Positions 53,585 through 64,000 of a stretch of DNA of 64,000 bases are shown piece after piece. Every line of letters starts with the position of its first letter. Within the stretch, counting starts at the first letter, position 1. Location of the stretch: positions 9,052,001 through 9,116,000 of the forward strand of contig NC_135664.1 of NCBI RefSeq assembly GCF_964188315.1, given 5' to 3'. A model generated the notes under the pieces. It searched no databases, was not told the origin of the DNA, and saw only the letters and a list, made by a program, of their open reading frames with translations. The DNA comes from Podarcis muralis (Eukaryota). The position numbers and the translations under genes were made by a program.

Positions 53585-54782
53585 TGCTAGCACATAAAAC
53601 ACTGACGCATATACCTCGGTTTAAAGTTAACCAGAGCAGTTTAAAGGGGCTGGGTGTAAACTAGAACCCATTTCAAAATACCTATTGTTGAGATCAATGC
53701 GTAATCTGGAGACAAATGCAATTGTTTCTATATTCAACCGATTTTCCTAACAGCGGCCTGATTCAATTGAAAAGTGGATCAGTAAACCACAGCATATGCA
53801 GTAACTCTAGAGTATAACTATTTTAACTTCATTAACAGCAAACAATTTTCAATCTGGCTCAGATTCAGTGAATTGGGTTGTGCCAAACTTTCTTTACATA
53901 TCTACTTTAAGGCAAGGCTTCCTGCAGCATGTAAGGGAAGGACACTGATTGGCTTAGGTCCAGAGTGGCACTAATAATCCCACTGATAATTATAAATACT
54001 TATCAAGATGCAAAAGAAATATGAACGCAATTAAGATAATAGGCTATAACTTTTTATTTTTAAAAATTAATAAAACTACCAACAAAGAGAGAGGATTCCC
54101 AAGGATAGCACTTTGCCTCTTATACCTATGTAAAATCAGAATTGTAGAGTTGAAAAGGACCCCGATTTGTAGCCTAACTCCCTTCAATGCAGAAAATGCA
54201 CATCTTCCGAAATACTTCATTTCTTTCCTAAACCTAGACCCAAACCTTCTTTCTTATACCTAAATGCTGCTGGTTTTTTGTTTTTTAAAAGTTCATAAGC
54301 AAAGGTTAATGGTAATCTAACCTTAAAATCTGCTCTGCTAAAATTATAATCTGTGTTCCATAGGCCTGTGCTTTGCTAGCTGTCAGTCGCTACTGACCGC
54401 GATGGCTGTGTTATATTTGTGCCCTTCGCCGAATACCAGATGGGGAGAGAGCTGTTCCACTCAAGTCCTGGTTGGTCGCTGTGTGGACATGATTCTGGAT
54501 TTGATGAGCCTTTGTCCTGATCTTATCTGTCCCCTGCCAACAGTGGCCTTCAGAGATTCTTTTCCCTATTTTGCAATTTGAAATAGATGAAGAATAGGGT
54601 AAGAGGGTAGGATGATTGCTAGACATCCCAGGACCTTCAGTCCAAAATGTAAAAAAAAAAATTGAGAAGCCTTGGGGGAATAATATCTTAAGGATGAGTA
54701 GGGTGATGTCATTGGTGGAGTAACTGTTTGTCAAACCAGGATGAAATCAGACAAGCACATCAATTGTGCAAAACTAACTTAT

Positions 54783-55147
54783 GGGGTGCGGGTGGCGCTG
54801 TGGTCTAAACCACAGAGCATAGGGCTTGCTGATCAGAAGGTCGGCAGTTCAAATCCGCGCGGCCGGGTGAGCTCCCGTTTCTTGGTCCCTGCTCCTGCCA
54901 ACCTAGCAGTTCGAAAGCACCTCAAAGTGCAAGTAGATAAATAGGTACCACTCTGGTGGGAAGGTAAACGGCATTTCCGTGCGCTGCGCTGGTTCGCCAG
55001 AAGCAGTTTAGTCATGCTGGCCACATGACCCGGAAGCTGTCTGCAGACAAACGCCGGCTCCCTCAGCCATTAAAGCGAGATGAGCGCCGCAACCCCAGAG
55101 TCGTCCGCGACTGGACCTAATGGTCAGGGGTCCCTTTACCTTTACCT
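54783..55147 (+). mobile_element. Sauria SINE
   Basis: Full-length match to the other copies in the window. Confidence 0.9.
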
Positions 55148-56135
55148 ATGCCTACTGAGAAGTAAGTCCTATTGAATTCAGGATTGTGGATTTAGGATTA
55201 GGTTAGCCACAGTGTGTACTTTGGGAATAACTAGATTTGCAGTCAGTTTTGCAATCTAGCTTCAGGGGCGAAGGGAGTCATGATGGGATTGGGGCTTCCT
55301 GGAAAGCCAATCTTTTCCCAGGATGCATTAGGCATGGGATTTCTTGTAAAGTATTAATGATCTTGAGTATAGAGCGTGAGTCAGTTGTGAACTCACGTTT
55401 TACAAGAGCATTGATTCAAGAATTGCAAGGATGATCTTAACATACCAAGAAGCGGGCAGACCAAGATGACTATGTAGATTATTAATCCACCGTAGAGGGG
55501 AGAACATTGGAAGCATGTGAATAGGAGGAGAAAAGGCTATAAGCCACCTATTCATCTGTTTAGGTCTGGGAATCTAAAGGATAACAGCTGTGGCAGCAAA
55601 GCATCTCACTTGCCTTTTAGCACAGATGGGCTCCATGGAAACTGCCTGGAAAAAACTTCATACGGGATCTCCATGCAGCTAGTGTCACTTTTTAAAAAGA
55701 TACTTGCCCCTCTTCCTCTTGTGCCACTAGAAATATTGGGAAAGAAGGTATTAAGAAAGGGTGGCTTTCAGCTGAGACCAAGAAAGGCTCAGTGCTTAGG
55801 TTTAGAATTTGATTGGCTGGTGACCTTGTTCTATCTGTTTGTTTTTCTCCATTGAATACATGAGCTTGCTCAATGTTGTAGATGTGTTTCTCGTCCTATA
55901 ACAGCACCACTGGCTTATTTGCATCTTCTTTGCCCTTCGTTTTATGACCTCTGTTGTTTGCTGATCACATTTTTAGCTGTGCTTTACAATTATTTCCTCT
56001 TTACTACCCTATCGCATTAGATAAGTCTTGACAAAAAATTGTAATGTGTTAGATGTTATTTATTTACATTTCTTTTCGTCCACTCCTGGAGGCTCAAGAT
56101 AGATAAAAAATAACATTATATATGTGTGGATGAAT

Positions 56136-56200
56136 CTCCTTCTCCTCCTCCTCCTCCTCCTCCTCCTCCTCCTCCTCCTCCTCCTCCTCCTCCTCCTTCT
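56136..56200. repeat. (CCT)n microsatellite
   Basis: Direct reading. Explains the poly-Leu ORF in the track. Confidence 0.95.
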
Positions 56201-57184
56201 TCATTGTTTTCAGTACTTAAATACTACTCAATGGCCACAGTTCTCAAGATGGTTTAGAAGCCAAAATAAATTAATACCACAGAACATGAAAATAAAATAT
56301 AAAACAGAATACAAAGAACAACAGAACAAACCCATACTAAGACCAGTAGTGGAGAATATGATTAATATAACAGATCTTTTAAAAAAAATGTAAAAAAAAA
56401 ATGTTTTAAGATTAAAAAGCCTGGGAAGATAACAGGCTTCTCCTTATTACTTTTATCATTATTGTTTTAAATTAAATTTATATCATATCCTTCCTTCTTC
56501 TCAAAGGAGCTTCGGGAGACAAACAAACAAACAAACAAACAATAAAAAACTTAAAAGATGGCACAGATGCAGACTAGGAAAGGTTTTTACTGCAAGGTTT
56601 GTAGCAGAGGAACTTTTTCAATAGGTGCCTCTCGTTTTATGGGGTACTCATAGAAGGACCTCTTAAGATAATCTTAGGGTCCTCATATGTGTGAAGAGGC
56701 AATCCTTCATGTGACCTAGGCCCAGGCTAGCACCGGCACTCTGAATTGGACCTGTAAACAGACTATAAGCCATAGCTTGTGACAAATGCGTGGTATAATA
56801 TGCTTGCATTCACCAGTCAGTGTTAACTCTCTACTTTGTACCAGCTGGAAGTCAAAGGCACACTGCATATTATATGTTGCAAGTTAGAGATTATTGTAGT
56901 GTGGATAACTGTAATCAGGATATTTCTATCCAGAGAGTACAGGAGTGGAGAAGCTGTGGGCCACTTGTGTTTTCTTTGGTAGCCCATAGTTTGCCCCACT
57001 GCAGGGGAGTTTGTCACCCAGCATAGGACTGATGTTGGGTGATTGGCTCTGCCCACCTTTTAAAGTGGCCAAGAAAGGTTTGGGGGAGCCATCACACAAG
57101 CAGCATATCTAAGATCCATATGTGTGGGACAGCTAATTCTGAAGAATCCATAAATTGCCTGGGGCCCATTCCTCCATGATTAAG

Positions 57185-57431
57185 TGTTAAGTTGTGGGTG
57201 AACATATCAGACAATACAGCGATTCTTCAAACAGCTCTTGTTTATTCGCAGGCCAGAACAAAACTGAACTGAAGGGTTCAGTCAGCCTGCTTATATAGAG
57301 CTCCAGTACAACGTAACTGTAACAATTTTCTAAAACTATCCAATCACTGAACGTCACTTTCGATCCCTTATTTGCATAACTATCTACAGTATCCCCCTGC
57401 TGGCCCAGGGTGAGAACTTCAGTACATAACA
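57185..57431 (-). mobile_element. Solo LTR, 247 bp, same family
   Basis: TG...CA termini with a 5-bp TSD TTAAG (57180-84 and 57432-36). Confidence 0.9.
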
Positions 57432-57534
57432 TTAAGGTTGCAATCCGAAACACACTTGCAAGGGACTGAGCCCTGTTGAACTCAGTGGGACTTATTTCTG
57501 GGTAAATGTAGCTAGGATTTTCTTGCATTTGTTA

Positions 57535-57581
<47 letters not shown>

Positions 57582-58241
57582 TAAACCTGCATTTCTTGGC
57601 ATGCTGTTTTGATGTTCCTTCTGCTCCTTAAATTATCTCCGTGGGTAGTACATAATTATTTTATGTATAGGCCTGTGATTTTAGGGATATTTTTCTGGCT
57701 TCTGTGGTTCCAGCTTATATATTACACCCAGCTTAACTCTAAGCTGCTCTGGCATGCTGTAGACCAGCCTTTGCCAACCTGGTGGCTCCAGATATTTCGG
57801 ACTACAACTGGCTGGGGCTGATGGGAGTTGTAGTCCAAAACATCAGGCGGGCACAAGGTTGGCAAAGGCTGGTTTTAGGCACTCTGCGGTTCTCCAGTGC
57901 CTTTCCGGTTGTCTGTCTGCAATGCTTTCCCTTTCCCCATTTGAACTTTACCATCCATTAACTTTTAGCTCCACTTCTGAATCTCCAGAATGCAACTTTA
58001 TGCACGATGGGGGAAGCAGTTGTTGGGATCTTTATGGTTCTCCTTGCCATTTCAAACCATTTGATCTTGCAAGAAGCCATGAAGCTAAAATGTTGAATAC
58101 TGTGATGCCCCCTCCTTTTCATATTCTCCTTTCAGTGAAGTACCAGGTTGTGGCTGGTGCTTTAGCCAGGTTGATGGTTTGAGGAGAGGGGAGATAACCC
58201 CTTCTTGTATTTTATGACCCCTTTTGTATTTCTTGTCATAG

Positions 58242-58329
58242 TACTGTTAAAGAGGAGAGCACAGACAATGAGCAGGAGAAGAGGGACGAAAAGGGCGCTT
58301 CTGAAAGAGAGAATAATGAACTGGAAGCA
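58242..58329 (+). CDS. KIF21A: KIF21A exon 13 (TVKEESTDNEQEKRDEKGASERENNELEA)
   Basis: atag acceptor, gtaagt donor, 88 nt (one codon shorter than the human exon as I recall it), phase 2-0. Confidence 0.92.
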
Positions 58330-58359
58330 GTAAGTATTGTGATCTTGATATATTCTGTC

Positions 58360-58730
58360 AATATTTTTTTTTTTTTGCCTTTTCAAAAAAGTTTTATTGG
58401 TTTTCACAATATTATAAAAATCAAACAAACACACAAGACAAACAAACAAACCAAACATAGACCATAGCCTTATTGAAAATTACAGTTATTAACTTTGTTA
58501 AGTGACTTCCTCGCTTCCCCTTAGTTGAATTTCAATGCATGTCCTTTTAACGGTTTTCCAAATCCCAATTTTTATTAGATTTAACTTAAACATTAACATC
58601 CTTAAATCTTCACCTTATAGAATTAAACATATTACTTCATCACTTAACATAAATAAAATCCTAAGCCCATTAAGTATCTGCAAGCTATTTCCAGTTAATA
58701 TATTCCGTCAATATTAATAAAACTCTGCAA
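58360..58730 (-). mobile_element. L1-like 3'UTR fragment
   Basis: Poly-T followed by tttatt and an AT-rich L1-type tail. Boundaries approximate. Confidence 0.45.
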
Positions 58731-59145
58731 AGATTGTTCCGAAGTAACAACAAATGAAACTGATTTGAAAAAATGTTACATGGAAAAAATACAAGAGAGA
58801 GACATTACACATACTTCTGTAAATCAAGATAATATATATATATTATCTTGATTTATAATATATATATATTAATAAAACTCTTGCACTGCCTCCCTGCCTT
58901 TTTATGATTCAGAAAGGCAAAACTTGAAACAACAGAGAGAGGACATAAGTAAACTTCATAAGTAAATAGTAATTAAAGCAAAGCACATGCAACTAATTCT
59001 GTCACAGTTAGTCTTATAATAGTTCTGTATTTCAGCAGAATATTTAGTTATGAACTGATTAAAGTTAAAATTGTGCTCTGTACTTAAAATAAGGAATTTG
59101 TGGAGCAATTCCATTTTTATCCTCTTTCTCCTTTTCTTACTTTAG

Positions 59146-59263
59146 GAAGAAGGTCAGGAGCTTAGTGACCGCGAAGATGACGAGGAAGATGACGAGGAAG
59201 ATGAAGATGACATGGAAGTTGTGGGAAGCTCGGATGATTCCGATTCTGATTCTGATGAGAAAG
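59146..59263 (+). CDS. KIF21A: KIF21A exon 14 (acidic stretch EEGQELSDREDDEE...DSDSDEK)
   Basis: ttag acceptor, gtgaca donor, 118 nt. Confidence 0.94.
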
Positions 59264-59744
59264 GTGACACCAACTCCAATAATGTTACAGATTTTTGCAG
59301 CTGTTTATGCAGAGAACTCGTGTCAAATTTTCCAAAGACCTAAATGGGCATCTTTGGGTTAGGGGAAGCAGTGGGCAGGCTGCAGTTAGCAGCTATGTCC
59401 TGAGTTAAATTAGGGATGGGGAACTTCATGTTAAAGGCTAGTAATTTGAATGATCATTTCCAGGAAATATGTCGTGATGTAAGGATTTTTGAAGGTCTAG
59501 TCTAAGTATATAATGGAGACATTTTGACATCTGCCAGACCTGGGATTTTTGCTTCAGAGTTCTAGTACTTACACTAAGCTACTGTATTTGGAGTGTACCA
59601 TTGTTGCAAAAACCAGTGTGTACAATGTTTGCTTAAATTAGCATCCTTTTATCAGGTTCTTTCCTAGTTTACATAACTTTTGCAGCTGTATAGGCTGATT
59701 GGCCACAGTGTTGCTTGTATTTATTTGTGTTTTTTTAACTACAG

Positions 59745-59933
59745 CAAGCTTTCAGGCAGACCTAGCAAACATCACATGTGAAATTGCCATAAAACAGAAG
59801 CTGATAGATGAACTGGAAAACAGCCAACGAAGACTTCAGACCTTAAAAAGGCAATATGAAGAGAAGCTAATGATGCTACAGCATAAGATTCGAGATACCC
59901 AACTTGAAAGAGATCAGGTGCTTCAAAACCTGG
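59745..59933 (+). CDS. KIF21A: KIF21A exon 15 ([18 protein letters not shown]...QVLQNLG)
   Basis: acag acceptor, gtaaga donor, 189 nt. Confidence 0.96.
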
Positions 59934-60042
59934 GTAAGAAGAATGCCATTGTGGAGCTGTTGTATAGGCCACATTGAGAACTTAGTGAGGACATGCCAGT
60001 GTCAGTCATACTTATGACATGACTTCCATATCATCTCAAAAT

Positions 60043-60358
60043 GTAAAGTAAAGGGAAAGGACCCCTGAAAGTTATGTCCAGTTGTAGACAACTCTGGGCT
60101 TGCAGTGCTCATCTCGCTTTACTGGCCGAGGGAGCTGGCGTTTGTCTGCAGACAGTTTTTCCGGGTCATCTGGCCAGCATGACTGAGCCGCTTCTGGCGA
60201 ACCAGAGCAGTGCACAAAAACGCCGTTTACCTTCCCGCCAGAGCGGTACCTATTTATCTACTTGCACTTTGATGTGCTTTCGAACTGCTAGGTTTGCAGG
60301 AGCTGGGACTGAGCAACAGGAGCTCACCCTGTCGCGGGGATTCGAACCGCCGACCTTC
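60043..60358 (-). mobile_element. Sauria SINE (5'-truncated)
   Basis: Reverse complement of the family. Confidence 0.88.
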
Positions 60359-60540
60359 AAATTGTAGTGGGATACAAATTTTAATAAAATAAGATAGCCA
60401 GTGTAATGACTCACTAGGAGACTTTGGTTCAAACTCCCACTGAATCTGTCACTTGCCTTCTCTCAATCTAAGCTACCTCATAGGCTTGTTGTCAGCCTAA
60501 CATGGGTTAACGTCCCTCTAGCACTGAGCATCACTTAGGG

Positions 60541-60681
60541 CAGAGCTTTCCCAACTTTCCATGTTGGTGACACAATTTTTAGACATGCTCTGGTAGGAGC
60601 ATGGGGAGCTTTCACGCGACCCACCTACACACTGCAGCCGGCACACTAATGTGTCACGACACACAGTTTGGAAAACTCTAA
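60541..60681. mobile_element. Short hAT-like MITE
   Basis: cagagctttcccaact...agtttggaaaactct termini, flanked by acttag(g/a)g. Confidence 0.55.
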
Positions 60682-60869
60682 ACTTAGAGGAAGGATGGAA
60701 TCGATGTGATATTGGAAATTATCTTTTTGCATATCCCTTTTTCGTTCACACTAAAGCCTTGGCAAAATAAAAAAAATGATGTGCAAATGAAATCTTGGCA
60801 TTGCAAGTTAGGCACTGAACGTATTGGTTCATGATCTATAAACTGAGAAATCCATTGCCGTTTCTTTAG

Positions 60870-61069
60870 GTTCGGTGGAATCTTGCTCAGAAGAAAAGGC
60901 AAAGAAGGTTAAATCGGAGTATGAAAAGAAGCTCCAATCCATGAATAAAGAGGTGCAGAGGCTTCAGGCTGCTCAGAAAGAACATGCACGATTACTTAAA
61001 AATCAATCTCAGTATGAAAAACAACTGAAAAAATTGCAGCAGGATGTGGCAGAGATGAAGAAAACAAAG
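60870..61069 (+). CDS. KIF21A: KIF21A exon 16 ([12 protein letters not shown]...EMKKTK)
   Basis: ttag acceptor, gtacac donor, 200 nt. Confidence 0.96.
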
Positions 61070-61725
61070 GTACACTTTTTTATTTATTTAAAGCACAGGT
61101 TCCAATGCTGCATGTGTCTACCTGAACAATGAACTATATCCCCTGGCATTTTCCTGCTTAAAAAGGAGTGTTATAGCTGATCAGTTCAAGACTGAAATTA
61201 TTATCCATTTTGGTCATCTAGTTAGGATGACCGCTTACCAAGTAGTAACTTACAGCGGTATACAGTTTCTTGGAGAAGCTATTTATTTTGTAAGCGTTCA
61301 CCCAAATGGCGAGGAGAGTTTCTTCTCAAAGCTGCCTTGCTTCCTTGTGTTTCTGGCTGGGTGCAATTGCATGACACTCTCACTACGAGGGCAGAGACTG
61401 CAGACAACTCTGCCTCCCACTTTGCAAACAGTTGCCGGAATTCACTCCTGCTAACTGTGGAATTTGAAAATGTCTCAAAAGACGCTCCTGTTACCTAACT
61501 GCTTGTTAGCGTTAAGGTAGCAAATCACATTGCAACAATATTCTCCAAGAGAATGATTACAGTGAAGGATTATTAAGTATGGTAAGTAAAAGGGCATCAG
61601 CCTTATAGCAAAAATAGAAAAAATAAAAGCAGCTTTCTCCCACATGATTTGAGCGTGTAAAAAGCAAAGCTGCATAATTTTATTTGAATAATTAAAAATT
61701 CAAAAATTTGAATAATTTTATACAG

Positions 61726-61833
61726 GTTCGTCTGATGAAGCAAATGAAAGAAGAGCAAGAGAAAGCCAGGATGAATGAATCTAGAAGAAATAGAGAGATT
61801 GCTCAGCTGAAAAAGGAGCAGCGAAAACGAGAG
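61726..61833 (+). CDS. KIF21A: KIF21A exon 17 ([11 protein letters not shown]...QRKRE)
   Basis: acag acceptor, gtgatt donor, 108 nt. Confidence 0.96.
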
Positions 61834-62557
61834 GTGATTAATCAATGTATCTACTGCACTTTTTTTTATGTTGTATGAATTTCAAAAGCTCCCGAAAGCT
61901 CTGTAAAGGTATTCAGGTGTTGACATGAGCTATTTTCTTACTGCTTTAGCAATGAATAGCTGGGTTGAATTTGGTTGACTACTCATTGTACTAAGCCAGC
62001 AACGAAAGTAGAATAAAGTTTTCAGCTGATATGTTTCTGCAAGATATTTCATATGGTATTGGTAAGCAGTTAATTCAAGGGGCTGGCTTGCTGACACGTT
62101 AGAGAAAAGATTTCAATCCTGTGCATACTTATTTGGGAATAAGCCTTTCAAAGATAGTGGAATGAACTTCTGAGTCCATTGCTGTTCTTGTTCTTGTATG
62201 TGAAGTGGGATTACTATTTAATGCTTACTCCTATAGAGGAAAAATTAGCAAATGTCCCCCTTCCTTGGCTGGTTGTACCAATTAAGTGAATGATGGTATT
62301 GAGAGAATTGTATCTCATCATCTTCATCATTTTATTTGTATGCTGCCTTCATAGTTTAAACAATGCTCAAGGTGGCTTACAGCATGACAAGATTTACATA
62401 ATTACCAACTTAGCAAAAGTCATAATAAATAAAGCCCATCAAAAGTTGCACAACCAAATGGAAATTTCCCCCACATAAATCATAAAATCTAAAACATTAG
62501 TATCAATAACAATTTAAAAGGACATTGATAAAAAACAAAAAGTATCCAGATCTTTGA

Positions 62558-62755
<198 letters not shown>

Positions 62756-62758
62756 TAG

Positions 62759-62973
62759 GTTACAGCTCTTCGTCGGCAGGCAAGACCTTTGTCTGATAAG
62801 GTGGCTGGGAGGGCAAGCCGGAAGCTGAGTCTACCTGAGCAGGCTAACCATGAACCAAGTTCTAGTGTGTCATCGGTGGACAATGAAGGATCGAGAGCAG
62901 CGTCACAACAGAAGATGCGGATACCCGTAGCAAGGGTCCAAGCCTTGCCAGCAGCCACGACCAATGGAACCAG
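62759..62973 (+). CDS. KIF21A: KIF21A exon 19 ([14 protein letters not shown]...ATTNGTR)
   Basis: ttag acceptor, gtaacg donor, 215 nt. Confidence 0.95.
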
Positions 62974-63201
62974 GTAACGATGGGCAAACCTGTTATGATC
63001 TTGCTACTTTTGTAGTCTTGTCTTCCTGTAGACATTAAAACTGTCATTTTCCGACTCCCACGGGAGGATTTATGGTGCTGCATTATAATCCTGGATGTGG
63101 ATGGGTTTGGGGTGTGATGGAGAGGAAAAGAGAAGGCAGGTTGTACGACAACAGTGGTGATTGCATGGGAGTGAGAAGAGAACAGAAGTGATGGTTTAAA
63201 A

Positions 63202-63452
63202 CAGGGGTCAGCAAACTTTTTCAGCAGGGGGCCGGTCCACTGTCCCTCAGACCTTGTAGGGGACCAGACTATATTTTGGGGGGGGGGATGAATGAATTCC
63301 TATGCCCCACAAATAACCCAGAGATGCATTTCAAATAAGAGGACACATTCTACTCATGTGAAAAACACGCTGATTCCTGGACCGTCTGAGGGCCAGATTT
63401 AGAAGACGATTGGGCCGGATCCGGCCCTCAGGCCTTAGTTTGCCTACCCATG
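63202..63452. mobile_element. hAT/Charlie-like element
   Basis: TIR caggggtcagcaaact and 8-bp TSD gtttaaa(a/t). Confidence 0.85.
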
Positions 63453-63764
63453 GTTTAAATGACAGGTGTTTGAGTAAAGTACCTTCATACAATGGAATAT
63501 TTGAGGTCTGCTCCTTTATCTCTCTAGCATGAGGCAGTTGAAGGAATAGTTTGAATACAGTGAGAAGGACACTGAAAGGAAACAAGTGGCTGTTTTAAGC
63601 AATCTGCGATACTGAACACACATGATTTAAGATTTTTTGAAAAAGAGTCGCACATCCCCCTCAGATTTCAAATATTAAAAGTGTTCTCTTCTATGATTAC
63701 TGGTACTGCATAAAAATGTTATAGCATTTTATGTGAACGACGTAAATCTTTGAATTGCTTGCAG

Positions 63765-63918
63765 GAGTAAATATCAAAGAAAAGCGATGACCACAAGAGT
63801 TTATACCTCCAAGGGAGCGAGAATGAAGTGGCAGTTACTCGAACGGAGGGTGACTGAAATCATTATGCAGAAAATGACCATATCCAATATGGAGACTGAC
63901 ATGAATAGACTACTTAAG
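63765..63918 (+). CDS. KIF21A: KIF21A exon 20 (SKYQRK...[10 protein letters not shown]...[10 protein letters not shown]), autoinhibitory regulatory coiled coil
   Basis: gcag acceptor, gtagag donor, 154 nt. The gene continues beyond the window. Confidence 0.96.
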
Positions 63919-63923
63919 GTAGA

Positions 63924-63924
<1 letters not shown>

Positions 63925-63995
<71 letters not shown>
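63925..63995. repeat. (CT)n/(TTTC)n tract
   Basis: Direct reading. Confidence 0.95.
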
Positions 63996-64000
63996 ACACC

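Noticed and set aside
58136-58241. Extra microexon or alternative acceptor upstream of exon 13 (strong ttcag; tgtggctggt resembles the human exon start)
   Set aside because: Candidate lengths (11, 34 and 106 nt) all break frame, and the extension contains a stop codon.

Overview
Vertebrate intron-rich genomic DNA, most likely from a squamate (lacertid-type lizard, inferred from Sauria-SINE, BovB and CR1 content). The + strand carries 19 consecutive coding exons of the kinesin gene KIF21A (human-equivalent exons 2-20). All have AG/GT boundaries and phases that join into one 2809-nt reading frame covering the motor domain and the coiled-coil stalk up to the CFEOM1 regulatory coil. Exon 1 and the 3' exons lie outside the window. 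The introns are packed with young transposons: Tigger/pogo-like and hAT MITEs, Sauria, tRNA/CR1-tail and MIR-derived SINEs, BovB, CR1, L2- and L1-like fragments, and two near-identical solo LTRs. The most striking structure is at 51,996-52,590, in the intron before the 39-nt cassette exon. It holds two different Penelope-like fold-back insertions, a 78-bp-arm hairpin and a perfect 250-bp palindrome, each carrying a minimal hammerhead ribozyme core. Family names and human exon numbering are from memory, not database searches. Most short ORFs in the supplied track are not genes.
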